DNA of 64,000 nucleotides from Malacoraja senta (lineage: Eukaryota). This document shows positions 33,818 through 45,939 of the stretch, piece after piece (the stretch's first letter is position 1; each line of letters begins with the position of its first letter). The position numbers and the translations under genes are program-made. The stretch is from NCBI GenBank assembly GCA_038087875.1, contig CM075995.1:4838001-4902000 (forward strand). Reading direction: 5' to 3'. The notes beneath the pieces are model-generated. The model saw only the letters and a list, made by a program, of their open reading frames with translations, ran no database searches and was not told where the DNA came from.

Positions 33818-33922
33818 CTGTTACCATCCTGAATGACTCTATGACTATCGTGGAATGAATTTCAGGGTCAGAGTACAGCTCAGCAGCGCTGCTAAGTTGG
33901 GTGTTGAGTCCTACTAATCCAG
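33818..33922 (+). other. Candidate 105-bp non-coding (5'UTR) exon, possibly of EEPD1
   Basis: Long polypyrimidine tract ...CTTCTGTCTTTTGTAG| and donor CCAG|GTAAGA in non-repeat sequence, 4.6 kb upstream of the EEPD1 ATG on the same strand. Confidence 0.45.
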
Positions 33923-34030
33923 GTAAGAATTTCTCGATGCGTTAGGCAAAGCCAGGCAGGGTAACAGCAGCAGGAACTTATCAAAATCCAAATGCTCCAC
34001 AGGTAGACAGGGTTTGAAGATCTTTCTCAA

Positions 34031-34652
34031 CATAGAAACATAGAAACATAGAAAATAGGTGCAGGAGTAGGCCAATTCGGCCCTTCGATATGATCATGGC
34101 TGATCATCCAACTCAGTATCCCGTACCTGCCTTCTCTCCATACCCCCTGATCCCTTTAGCCACAAGGGCCACATCTAACTCCCTCTTAAATATAGCCAAT
34201 GAACTGGCCTCAACTACTTTCTGTGGCAGAGAATTCCACAGATTCACCACTCTCTGTGTGAAAAAATAAATTCTCATCTAAGTCCTAAAAGACTTCCCCC
34301 TTATCCTTAAACTGTGACCCCTTGTCCTGGACTTCCCCAACATCGGGAACAATCTTCCTGCATCTAGCCTGTCCAACCCCTTAAGAATTTTGTAAGTTTC
34401 AATAAGAGTTTCAATCTTCTAAATTCTAGCGAGTACTATCCAGTCTTTCTTCATATGAAAGTCCTGCCATCCCAGGAATCAGTCTGGTGAGCCTTCTCTG
34501 TACTCCCTCTATGGCAAGAGCGTCTTTCCTCAGATTAGGAGACCAAAACTGTACGCAATACTCCAGGTGTGGTCTCACCAAGGCCCTGTACAACTGCAGT
34601 AGAACCTCCCTGCTCCTATACTCAAATCCTTTTGCTATGAATGCTAACATAC
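34031..34652 (-). mobile_element. CR1-type 3' fragment
   Basis: LLQLYRALVRPHLEYCVQFWSP; (CTATGTTT)n tail. Confidence 0.85.
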
Positions 34653-35486
34653 CGCCAGAGTATACCGCCATACCGCCATACCTAACAAAAAGCCACAGTA
34701 ACTCAGCGGGACGGGCAGCATCGCTGGAGAGAAGGAATGGGTGACGTATCGGGTCGAGACCCTTCTTCAGACCACCCTGTCATTCCTTCATCTCACCACT
34801 CCCGTCGGGCAGTAGATCCAGAATCTTGAAAGGGCGCACCACCAGAGTTCAGAAGCAGCTTCTACCCCTCTGTTATCAGGCTTCTGAACAGTCCTATCAT
34901 AAACTAAGGTATAATCAGATCCTCCTCTATCTCATTGCGGATATTGGACTTTGTGTCTGGAACTGTTGCACTAGAATGCTGAGAACAATATTCTGCACTC
35001 TGTATCTTTCCCTTGGCTGGCCCTATTGTACTTGAGTTTGCCTTGATTGCATTTATGAATCGTGTTATCTGATTCGATTGGATTGCATGCGAAACAAAAC
35101 TTTTCACTATCTCTCGGTACTAGTAACAATAATAAACCCAAACGTAAACTGTAACAGTCCTGAGAGCTTTGGCCAGGTTAAGAAATTTAAAACGACGAAG
35201 GAAGAGTTAAAAGGCACCTTGATTGCGTTAGTTGCGGCAATTTTTTAAGTCGGGGAATGCAGTGATATATTGGTATCATTTACTCAAAGAATAGTGTTGT
35301 TCCGTTGAATTATGCATGTTTTTGCTCATAACCAGCATTCCATTCATTCATCTGCCTTCAAATGAGATGTTTTGTTTCAAATCAGACTTGGTGAGATTAG
35401 AAATCCTGACAAGAGTTGATCAAGAGGATGCCGTGTTCTCTTTTACAACACAAGAAGATGCAGGCAGGGCAACTCCCATTTCTGGA

Positions 35487-36032
35487 GGCACGGTTGCGCA
35501 GCGGTAGAGTTGCTACCTTACAGCGCCAGAGACCCACCTTCAATCCTGACCACGGGTGCTGTCTGTACAGAGTTTGCATGTTCTCCCTGTGGTGAATCTG
35601 TAGAATTCTTTGCCACAGAATGGTCGTGGAGGCCAAGTCAGTTGACATTTTTCAGGCAGAGCTAGATATATTCTTGATTAGTGCAGGTGTCAGAGGTTAT
35701 GGGGAGAAGGCAGGAGAATGGGGTTAGGAGGGAGGGATAGATCAGCCATGATTGAATGTCGTAGACTTGATGGGCTGAATGGCCTAATTCTACTATTCCT
35801 TATGACCTTATGACCATGTGTTGTTTTCACTGGGAACTCCGGTTTCTTCTCGCATTCCAAAGACGTGCAGGGTTTTAGGTTATTTGGCTTCTGTGACTTG
35901 CCCCCTAGTGTGCAGGATGTGACACTGGGATTACATAGAACTAGTGTACGGGTGATCATTGGCCGGCTGGGACTTTGTGGACCGAAGGGCCTGTTTCCAC
36001 GCCGTATATCTCTAAACTAAACTAAACTAAAA
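35487..36032 (+). mobile_element. V-SINE split by a CR1 3' fragment (about 35590-35816)
   Basis: Head 35487-35590; core and tail resume at about 35817. Confidence 0.75.
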
Positions 36033-36219
36033 TCTCATATCTAATCTTACATGCACACTTTGGCATTAAAAAATTCTTGTAATTCCTGGAACAATCGTCA
36101 TGTGTTTGGAATTATTTTTTGGATGTATAATGAATATGTTCATATCATAGTTCACTGTTTTTGAATAATGATGCGAACATTTTATTGAAAGAAGAATCCA
36201 CTTCATATTGTCGCAGATG

Positions 36220-36505
36220 TAGTTTGGTGTAGAGATACAGTGCGGTAGTCCGTTCCGACCAGCAATCCTTGTACACTCACACTACCTACACACTAGGGAC
36301 AATTTACTATTTTATTTTACCAAAGCCTGTTAATTTACAAATCTGTAAGTCTTTGGAGTGTGGGAGGAAACTGGAGCACCCGGAGAAAACCCACGTGGTC
36401 ACAGTGACAATGTACAAACTCTGTACAGACAGCACCCGTGGTCAGGATGGAACCCGGGTGTCTGGCACTGTAAGGCAGCAACTCTACCGCTGCACCACCG
36501 TGCCG
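36220..36505 (-). mobile_element. V-SINE
   Basis: Reverse-complement head, core and tail. Confidence 0.75.
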
Positions 36506-37107
36506 CACCTTACTCTCTCCACACAGTCAAACTTCCTGAGATCTCCTGACTTCCTTCTGGAAAAAGTGCAAGCTTTGCTAGGAAAGCTGTCACCTTTTGC
36601 AACAGGCTTCTGCCAATGTACTATTCATGCTTGGTTGTAAACTGAATTAACAGAAATGCAGTGACTTTCATTAAACTATGACCTTCCACTTGTGGTCTCC
36701 TAGATCACAATAGTAAACAAGCGCCTTCAGAGGCATGAGACTGCAGATGCCAGAATCTGGAGCAAAAAAGCAGAACTGCTCAAAGAAATCAGCGGGTCAG
36801 GCAGCATCTTGTGGAAGCAGAGGGAGAATCAATGATTCAGGCTGAGATCCCTGCAGGCAGGTCACAGCCCGAAATGTTGACTGTCCCTTTGTCTCCACAG
36901 ACTTTGAGTAAGTGGTTCTGTACTGTAATTAAATACTTTGACCACTTTGTCTTTTTAAGGTAAGACCTCACTATGCTGAGTTACTCCAGCATTCTGTGTC
37001 TATCTTCTTCGGTAAAAACCGGCATCTGTAGATTAGTTTAATTTAATAGACAATAGACAATAGGTGCAGGAGTAGGCCATTCGGCCCTTCGAGCCAGCAT
37101 CGCTCGA

Positions 37108-37363
37108 AGTTTAGAGATACAGCGCGGAAACAGGCCCTTCGGCCCACCGAGTCCATGCCGACCAGCAATCCCCGCACACTAGCAATATCCTAGGCACGCT
37201 AGGGACAATTTACAATTTTACCCAGCCAATTAACCTACTAACCTGTACGTCTTTGGAGTGTGGGCGGAAACCGGTGCTCCCGGAGAAAACCCACGCAGGT
37301 CACGGGGAGAACGTACAAACCCCGTATAGGCAGCAACTCAACCGCTGCGCCACCATGCCGCCC
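37108..37363 (-). mobile_element. V-SINE (head partly deleted)
   Basis: Reverse-complement core and tail. Confidence 0.75.
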
Positions 37364-37804
37364 TAAGTTCCTTCCCACTACCTCACTATGGTTTGGTGCC
37401 TTGCATTTATCGTTAGTCCTTCAGCAATGATGTTTTTGTACTTGTGCTTAATATGGACTGATAACACTTTTGGCCAATGGATTTGTGCCCTAATGTGCTG
37501 ATAGCCAAAAAATAGAGCTCTCTTATTTCAGATTGATATGATTAAGGTATTTTCAGACCTCACCAAACAAATGCTGTTATTTAAATGAGCTTGAAACTTT
37601 TTGATATTTTTCACGAAGCAGTTTATGAAGTGAGTTGCCAGAATAGGAGGGTTTGAAAGCAAATGTTCGTCAGGCCTGTGAGTGTTGATGTAAAGTGAAC
37701 CTTCCTGCGATTGATCTGGTTTGTAACTCAGATTAAGTTTCAATGAGTTTGTAACTGGGTGACTGCGGCGCATTATTAACAGGCTCCTTGTCTCTTTTCT
37801 GCAG

Positions 37805-38554
37805 AAGCCAAGAAGCAGCCCGGCTGCTGAAACAACAAACAAATGCCAGCTTCGGGCTTGAGTGGAAATATCGGCGTTAATCCTAACTCTGAACAGGGAG
37901 AGTGTTTGCTTGCTGGCTGTTTCTTTGGCGGTCGTGGATTGAGCAAGTGAGTTGAAGCCAGGCCAGGTCGGGTGCGTGTGGAAACTCTCTGCTTCTTCCG
38001 ACTGCAGGGCTTCAATCATTTATTTGAGAGAATCCACACTCCGGGGCCGACGGCTGTAACCTGATCTGGCCCCCTCGTGACTCAGCCTGGAGTCGGTGCG
38101 TGATTTGTCGGCCGGAGAAGCTGGGTCCTCCCACCCAATGATGTGTGCTCACGACCGTTGCTAATGCTGCACAGTGATTTGACAGTGGAACTGGCACAGA
38201 GCCGCCTGTGTTGCATACATCTCTGGATTCAGCAATAAATGAAACGGGGGGGAAGAAGCGGCTTGTTGAAGGGCAGGCGACTGCGGTGGAGGAAGTGAGA
38301 AACGAGGAGAGAAGGAGACTTGAGGAAGCTTGCTACGTCCTGTGGTTAGCTGATGCGTGAGCTGGCCGCCTGGGTAACTATCGGTCAGTAGTTTGTTCCG
38401 GTTTGAAAGCGTCTCGAGCAGGAGGGGAGGGGGGGGGAAGACGGGAGACAAATGGGACTCTTGAACCTCGAGCTACGCGGGGAGAGCTGCTACCAACTGC
38501 AGCGCGGGGAGTGAATGATCCTTTCAGCCCGCTGCTGCTCATGTCTGACTGATG
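37805..38554 (+). other. EEPD1: Probable 5'UTR portion of the EEPD1 first coding exon
   Basis: Strong acceptor CTCCTTGTCTCTTTTCTGCAG| ending at 37804 with ATTAAC branch-like site; repeat-free sequence runs to the ATG. A weaker alternative acceptor lies at 38527. Confidence 0.45.
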
Positions 38555-39417
38555 ATGGGGGGGAATCTAGGATGCCATCGCTCCATTCCCCAAGATCCCC
38601 TGGAGACCGGGCAGAATCGCAAGTTCAGCGCGGCGTGCAACTTCAGCCACATCCTGGTGAACCAGGAGCGGCTCAACATCAACACTGCCACCGAGGAGGA
38701 GCTGATGACCCTGCCCGGGGTCAACCGAATGGTGGCACAGAACATTGTGGCGTACCGCGAGTGCATCGGGGGCTTCAAGAAGGTGGAGGACCTGGCGCTG
38801 GTCAGCGGGGTGGGCGCCGCCAGGTTGGCGCAGGTCAAGCTGGAGATCTGCGTGGCCAGCAGTAAGAGCGTTGGCTCGACCCAGCACTCGCCCGGCTCCA
38901 CACGCAGGGACCCCTACTCGGAGACCCTCTGGTCCGCCAGCCGGGTCAACGTCAACCTGGCCAGCGCGGCGCAGCTGGCCGGCCTGCGCGGCGTAACGGA
39001 CGAGATCGCCCGCGGCATCGTCAGCTACCGCAAGGAGCGCGGGCCGTTCGAGGCGGTCGACGACCTGGCCAAGGTGGCCTCCGTCGGCTGGTCGCTCCTC
39101 GAGCGGCTCAGGCCGCGCGTCTCCGTCGGCCTGTCGCGGCCCGCCTCCACCCACACGGCCAATGGCGGCATCGACTTCGCCGCAAAGCCTCGGCCCAGCC
39201 CCACCTCGCTCAGCCTGCAGAGCGAGGACCTGGACCTCCCGCCTGGTGGACCCACTCAGATCATCTCCACCCGCCCCAACGTGGAGGTCTTCAGCGGCCT
39301 GAGGGACGGCGAGCGTGTCCTCAGGGTGGCCAGTTGGAACCTCCAGAACTGCTCAGCCGAAAAGGCCACTAACCCAGGAGTGAGGGAGGTTGTGTGTATG
39401 ACTCTTCTGGAGAACGG
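38555..39417 (+). CDS. EEPD1: EEPD1 (endonuclease/exonuclease/phosphatase domain-containing 1), first coding exon: two HhH domains and the start of the EEP domain
   Basis: MGGNLGCHRSIP...RKFSAACNFS.ILVNQERLNINTATEEELMTLPGV...SPTSLSLQSEDLDLPPGGPTQIISTRP...WNLQ..S.EKA.NPGVREVVCMTLLEN closely matches vertebrate EEPD1. Phase-2 donor GG|GTGAGT at 39417/39418; N-terminal Gly2/Cys7 acylation pattern. An in-frame ATG also lies at 38552. Confidence 0.95.
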
Positions 39418-39449
39418 GTGAGTCCCATTTTCAAGATATCTGGTTGTAG

Positions 39450-39758
39450 TTTTATTAAGTTTCAGTTTGTGGATAGAGCATGGAAACGGGCCCACCGAGT
39501 CCGCGCCGACCAGCGATCCCCGCACAGTAACACTATCCTACAAACACCAGGGACAATTTACATGTATACCAAGCCAATTAACCTGCAAACCTATATGTCT
39601 ATGGAGTGTGGGAGGAAACCGCCTCCCCCAGAGAAAACCCGCGCAGGTCACGGGGAGAACGTACAAACTCCGTACAGACAGCACCCGTAGTCGGGATGGA
39701 ACCCGGGTCTCTGGTGCTGTGAGGCAGCAACTCTACCGCTGCGCCACCGTTCTGCCCC
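39450..39758 (-). mobile_element. V-SINE
   Basis: Reverse-complement full-length copy. Confidence 0.8.
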
Positions 39759-39788
39759 GGTAGTTGTTTAAATGTTGATTTTAAAAGA

Positions 39789-40028
39789 GTGGTGGCGCAG
39801 CGGTAGAGTTGCTGCCTGACAGCATCGGAGACCCGGGTTCGATCCTGACCACAGGTGTTTCTGTGCAGAGTTTGTACTTTCTCCCCATGAGGGTTTTCTC
39901 CTCCCACATTCCAAAGACGTGCGGGTTTGTAGGTTAATTGGCTTCTGTAACTAGTCCCCCGTGTGTAGGATAGAACTAGTGTACGGGTGATTGGTGTTCG
40001 GCACGGACTCGGTGGGCTCAAGGACCTG
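39789..40028 (+). mobile_element. V-SINE, head-to-head with the previous copy
   Basis: GTGGTGGCGCAGCGGTAGAG head; CTGTATCTCTAA tail. Confidence 0.78.
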
Positions 40029-40499
40029 TTTCCATGCTGTATCTCTAAGACAGTTATTTTATCAAATATTCCTAACCTTTGTAGCTTTGGTTCCTTCTAC
40101 CTTTTAGCTTTAGTAATTTTTATTCCCTTGAATTCCTCAAAGCTCTCTGGCTAGTCATATGCTTGTGATTTTAATGAGCCCACTTTCCATTGGCAGACTT
40201 CCAGTAGCAGTCCTTCAGTGTAGTTCACCACTTTTATATATTACTGATGCCGTTTTAACATTGAAATGCTGCTACAGGAGGTGTTGTTGGAGAGGGCATC
40301 TCATCGCTCTCCTTGCTTGTATTTGCTTGCAACCAAGAACAGTCCTTTGAAAAACACTATTGCAGGTCTGCATGTCACTGCTGCGGAAACGCATTGGAGA
40401 GCACCATCTGCAATGTTGTGCTCTGCTTGCCTAATCTAGTTTGGCATTGAAATTAATATTTCATAAAGTGGACGTACTGTCATAAAGCCTTTGTTGAAA

Positions 40500-40810
40500 C
40501 GTGGAACTGCAGGTGCTGCCTTACCAAGAAAAGACACAAATGCTGGAGTAACTCAGCGGGTCAGGCAGCATCCCTGGAGAAAAGGAATGGGTGACCTTTC
40601 GGGTCGAGACTGAGAGTCAGGGGAGAGGGAAACTAGAGGCATGAAAGGGTACGGAATAAAAATCAGAGCTGGCCAAGGAGCCCACAATGGGCCATTGTTG
40701 GCTGTGGAGGAGGTGAAACGAGGGGATACGAACAGTAAAACCAGCAGGACAACTAGGGTGGGGGAGGGATGGAGAGAGTGGGAATGCACGGGCTACTTGA
40801 AATTAGTTTT
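40500..40810 (-). mobile_element. Penelope-like element 3' end fragment
   Basis: Carries the GACACAAATGCTGGAGTAACTCAGCGGGTCAGGCAGCATC terminal repeat shared with the hammerhead-bearing copies. Confidence 0.55.
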
Positions 40811-40914
40811 GGGTTAGGACCCCTTCTGACTGATTGCTGGGGTGGCAGGAATGAAAGCTAGCAGAGTGGAGGGGCAGGACACAGCATGGCACCTCCAGCC
40901 TTCGTGACTCCTTT

Positions 40915-41253
40915 CATAAGTGATAGGACCAGAATTAGGCATTCGGCCCATCAAGTCTACTCCGCCATTCAATCATGGCTGATCTATCTTTCCTCCTAAC
41001 CCCAATTCTCCAGCCTTCTCCCATAACCCTTGACTCCCGTACTAACCAAGCATCTATCTATCTCTGCCTTAAAAATATTAATTGACTTGGCCTCCACAGG
41101 CCTTCTGTGGCAATGAATTCACAGCTTCACCACCCTCTGACCAAAAAAATTCTTCCTCATCCTCCTTCCGAAAGGAATGTCCTTTAATTCTATGGCCTCT
41201 GGTTCTCAACTCTCCCTCTAGTGGAAACATCCTCTCCACATCCACTCTATCCA
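40915..41253 (-). mobile_element. CR1-type 3' fragment
   Basis: Same 3'UTR and C-terminus as 22540-22748. Confidence 0.75.
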
Positions 41254-41916
41254 GTCCTGGCCAAATGAAAGCATGGGGTCAGTCTTTTGGAAGAATGGCC
41301 CTTTCTCCATTGGGGGATGAGAGGGGTGGGGTGGGCTTTGTGGGGGGTGGGTTAGATGTTGGGGGGGGAGGTGGGTGTGTGAAGATTTCCTCAAGCAAAA
41401 GGGCTCTACATTTTTGGGATAGTGATTTTTTTTGTTTTATTCCTCTGCGGCCTTCCACTTCCAAAGAACTTTCGGCGTGAACTTAGTATCAGCTAAAGGT
41501 TTCGCAGGATGTGCCGTTTTTGATCATAAATGTGATTCGTTTCTTTGCTTGCATTCCTGATGTAGAGCATAGTTTTGGGCCACGCTAACTGGTGAGTACA
41601 GTACACCGCATCAGCATGCACCACCTTTCAGTCAGATCTCAGTGACCTGAATCTTAATAACATCTGCCCAGCTTCTGTAACCCTTGAAAATCTGCCATTC
41701 TCAGCTGCAAACACTTCATTTGATATATCCGCACCAACTTGTTGGGACACTGGGTTTTGGGCTTTTTATGCAGTTTCCTGGTGTATCCACTTCTAATTGT
41801 AAGGTTATGAACTTTGTTCTGGCTTTGTCCGTTCAAATTTGGGGTATTTTTAATCACTTTTTTTTATTTAACCTTTTCATCTTCTTTTCTCAAGAGAACA
41901 CACGTTTAGTCCCTGC

Positions 41917-42126
41917 AAGATAGACACAAAGTGCTGGAGTATCTCAGCAGATCAGGCAGCGTCTCGGGAGAAACTAGAAATGTGACCTTTCGGATCGGAA
42001 CCCTTCCTCAGACTGTCCCGACCCGAAACATCACCTATCCATTTTCTCCAGAGATGCTGCCAAACTTGCTGAGTTACTCCAACATTTTGTGTCTATCTTT
42101 GGTATAAACCAGCATTGACGGTTCCT
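41917..42126. repeat. Inverted pair of Penelope-like terminal repeats (palindromic)
   Basis: AAGATAGACACAAA...GCTGGAGT...GGCAGC followed by its reverse complement GCTGCC...ACTCCA..ATTTTGTGTCTATCTT. Confidence 0.65.
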
Positions 42127-42393
42127 TTTTAAAATTACATTTAGTCTCTGCAACCTGTCGTTGTAATTTAACCCTCTCCAGTCTTGGTCTCATTCTGGTG
42201 CACTGCCTCCTCCATAATAACCTCGACCTGTTTCATCTACTTCCTGGTCTTTTTATTTAACACCACTGTAAATGGGCTTTAACATGGTTTGATCCGTAGA
42301 TTTTCTTGATATGTTTGAATTGCAGGTCAACGATGATGGCGTTGTAGCTAGCATTGGAATCGGAATATTAGAACATAGATTAATCTCGCACAC

Positions 42394-42602
42394 GATAGAC
42401 ACAAAAAAGCTGGAGTAGCTCAGCGGGTCAGGCAGCATTCTCTGCAGAAAAGGACCTAGGTGACATTTCTGGTCGAGGCCCTCCTTCTGAAGAAGGACCT
42501 CAACCTGAAACATCACCTATTCCTTTTCTCCAGAGATGCTGAGTTACTCCAGCTGTTTTGTGTCTATCTTCGGTTTAAACCAGCATCTGCAGTTCCTTCC
42601 TA
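42394..42602. repeat. Second inverted pair of Penelope-like terminal repeats with a hammerhead-like core at 42487-42514
   Basis: GATAGACACAAAA...CTGAAGA-AGGACCTCAACCT-GAAACATC...TTTTGTGTCTATC. Confidence 0.65.
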
Positions 42603-42905
42603 CACATGTATAGCACAGAAATAGGCTCTTCGGTCCAAACTGTCTGTGATAAACACGATGCCAAGATCAACTCTTAGCTACCTGCACATAATCTGTATCC
42701 CTCCATTCCCTGCATAACCATGTACCAATCTAAAACCCACTTGTACGCCACTAATGTATCTGCCTCCATCATCACCAATGGCAGCTGTGCCCTGATCTAC
42801 AAAGGCAGATGTGCAATCGGCCTTCTTCACCGCCTGTCGGTCCGTGTTGCCACTTTCAGGTAGTTTTGGACTTGTACCCCAGAGGTCTCTGTTCATCAGT
42901 ATTGC

Positions 42906-43105
42906 NNNNNNNNNNNNNNNNNNNNNNNNNNNNNNNNNNNNNNNNNNNNNNNNNNNNNNNNNNNNNNNNNNNNNNNNNNNNNNNNNNNNNNNNNNNNNNN
43001 NNNNNNNNNNNNNNNNNNNNNNNNNNNNNNNNNNNNNNNNNNNNNNNNNNNNNNNNNNNNNNNNNNNNNNNNNNNNNNNNNNNNNNNNNNNNNNNNNNNN
43101 NNNNN
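42906..43105. other. Assembly gap (200 N)
   Basis: Directly visible. Confidence 1.
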
Positions 43106-43635
43106 GTCAGGTCCTGGAGATTTCTGGCTCTTTTGTCCTCTGAAAAGCCTCTCCACCTCCTCTATTTTTATTGTTGATATTGGATAAGTTATGTTGTGCA
43201 GCACAGAGGGTGTGGATGATTGGGTGTGAAGTGGCGATTGGAGGGGGGTGGGTGTAGAAAGGCACAGTCTTTGCAGACTGAGGTCAGATGAGTGGGTGTG
43301 AAGTGATGGTTGGGGTGGGAAATGGTCCAGTCTTTTCATGCTGGAGTCTTGCCTTAAGTAGGTGTGAAGTGGTGAATGGGAAGGAGAGGGTGCAGGGTCC
43401 ATTCTTTGTAGACTAGGGTCTGGCTGTGTTGGTTGGGGAGGGGGTACCAGGGTTATGTTTCTGATTTTCAAACCTGCAGTAAAACTCATTCAGGTCGTTG
43501 GTCAGCTGACGATTGTCCAAAGAGCGGGGGGCTTTCCTCTTGTAGCTGGTAATTTCTTGCAAGCCCTTCCAAACTGAAGAAGAGTCACTACCTGAGAACT
43601 TGGTCCTCAACTTCTCAGAGTACCTTTCCTTGGCA
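43106..43635 (-). mobile_element. Rex1/Babar-type LINE ORF2 fragment
   Basis: DSSSVWKGLQEITSYK, LTNDLNEFYCRFE, KSPGPD. Confidence 0.7.
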
Positions 43636-43639
43636 GGAA

Positions 43640-43815
43640 AGGTACAATAGGAAGCAGGGTGGGAAGAAGTGTAGTCCAGATAGCCATGGGAATCAGTGGG
43701 TTTATAGTGGATCTCAGTCAGTAGTCTGTTACCTGCGATGGAGATAGTGATGTCTAGGAACGGTAGGGAGATGTCGGAAATGGTCCAGGTGAATTTGAGT
43801 GTCGGATGGAAGTTA
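43640..43815 (-). mobile_element. Penelope-like RT fragment
   Basis: NFHPTLKFTWTISDISLPFLDITISIAGNRLLTEIHYKPTDSHGYLDYTSSHP. Confidence 0.8.
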
Positions 43816-44139
43816 ATGGTGAATACCTTAATACAAACAAGTTAAACTCAAGTACAATAGGCAGCCCAAAGGGTAAGATACAGAGTGCAGAATATAGTTC
43901 CCAGTATTGTGGCACATCAGTTCCAGAGATAAAGTCCAATGTCCACAATGAGGTGAGGTGAATCAGTGAGTACACTAACTTATGGAAGGACCATTCAGAA
44001 GCAGGATAACAGAGAGGAAGATGCTGTTCCTATGTCTGGTGATGTGCACTTTCAATCTTTTGTACCTTCTGACAGAGAGGAGCAGAGAGAAGAAGGAATG
44101 ACCAGGGGTGGGATAATGTAGAAAATTGGACAAGTGGGA

Positions 44140-44635
44140 GAGTGGGAAAAGGTGAGAGTCTAGGACCAGAGGTCATAGCTTCAGAATTAAAGGACGTTCC
44201 CTTTAGGAAGGAGATGATGAGGAATTTCGTTCGTCAGAGGGTGAATTTATTGCCACAGAAGGCTGTGGAGGCCAAGTCAATGGATATTTTTAAAGCTGAG
44301 ATGGATAGATTCTTGATTAGTACAGGTGTCAGGGGTTATGGGGAGAAGGCAGGAGAATGGGGTTAGGAGGGAAAGATAGATCAGCCATGATTGAATGGCA
44401 AAGTAGACTTAATGGTCCGAATGGCCTAATTCTGCTCTTTTCACATGAAATCCATCCAAATCACTGGATGGATTTAAGAGAGAGTTAGATAGAGCTCTAG
44501 GGGCTAGTGTAATCAAGGGATATGGTGAGAAGGCAGATACGGGTTATTGATCAGCCATGATCACAATGAATGGCGGTGCTGGCTCGAGGGGCCAAGTTGC
44601 CTCCTGCACCTATTTTCTAAGTTTCTATGAACTTA
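44140..44635 (+). mobile_element. Two CR1-type 3' fragments
   Basis: QKAVEAKSMDIFKAEMDRFL plus shared 3'UTRs. Confidence 0.7.
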
Positions 44636-44860
44636 TGAAAATAGTATTTGCACTAACTATAAACAGTACTTTTTATTGCATTGAACGTTTAGTCACAAAC
44701 ACAATGTTTGTGAAGCCCGGTTGGGTGCAAGAAGTTGCAGAATTGTAGGGGTTTTAACTTTTGTTTAGTTTAATGGAAAGGCATAGAATTTATCAATAAA
44801 AGCTTCATGGTATTTTGCCACTATTTCTGCGTGTCGACAGCATGGAGGAAATTATACCTC

Positions 44861-45343
44861 AGTTACACAAAATCTTTGTCTGATCCTATTTGGCACGACA
44901 TGTCCACCACCGATTTTCCGCCAACTGGTAGCCTGGCACCTCCTTTAATCCGGATAAAATTACAACAGTGCACTTGAAATCCTTCCCCCCCCCCCTCCCC
45001 CCTGGAAGTCCTCCCGAAAATGTGTTGCCTAGGCTGGGTGAGGCGGCTGATCTCCACTTCCTCGGGACTTCCGTGGCCGATCGGCGGGTCGAATTTCACC
45101 CCCTGCGGCCCGGGGCTCTGGAAGTCCAGCCTGGTCGGAGCCAGCAGATCTGTTCCCAAAGCCGACTTCCGAGGGCGACATTGCCCCCTGGAGACCTCGG
45201 AGGACCATTCCAGCACCGTTCGATTCCTCTCGGAGGTCGTGACCTCTGTTGGTCCGGCAAAACGGATAATCCAGCAAGGCTCTGGAACAAAAGGTGCAGA
45301 AAACTCGGCGGTGGACCTATACAATGTATATTTTGGGGTAACT
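44861..45343. mobile_element. Unclassified GC/CpG-rich insertion with short imperfect terminal inverted match
   Basis: AGTTACACAAAAT ... ATTTTGGGGTAACT; sharp GC contrast with the flanks; no TSD recognised. Confidence 0.3.
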
Positions 45344-45939
45344 AGATTGATAATCGTTTTTCAGCTAAACCAAAATTCACCAAAATAGTGCCAGGGCTTC
45401 ACAGGTTAATTTGTGACAGAACCGATGTGAATTCCTATGGGCAGTGCAATGCAACACAGGTTATGATTACGCAAGGTATGAAAGGGAAGCAAGGCTATGG
45501 ACAGTCACCACTTTGTTTCTAGTCCATTATTTAGTCAGATATTAGTTGATCTTTTAACTTGGCGTGACTGTGCCAGTTCATCAACCGAGAACCTAGTGAC
45601 CTTCCAAAATAAATACTGATGACTATACACTCTTGACGTTGATGTGTTTCTGAGTTCACATACCTTGGCACAACTGTCAGCAAAGATCTCTGCTTTACCC
45701 AGAGATCAGCATAAGCGTTGGGAAGTCAAAACCCACACTGCAAAGTCAAGAAACTCGGAACAGTATCTATCATGAAAGTTGTGTAAAACATGAAATATGT
45801 GTTTGAAACTCCACTGAATCTTGGAAGACTTCCAAAAAGTAGGGGTGATGTGATTGGAATGTTTAATATGGTGGAAAAAAATGGATCTGGTAACTGAGCA
45901 ACTCTTTTCCACGGTCACATAATTCAGAATTAAATTAGA

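Noticed and set aside
38567..39154. 195-aa antisense ORF and other overlapping frames in the EEPD1 exon
   Set aside because: Expected shadow frames of a very GC-rich coding exon.
42809..43489. ORFs spanning the N run
   Set aside because: Artefacts of the assembly gap.
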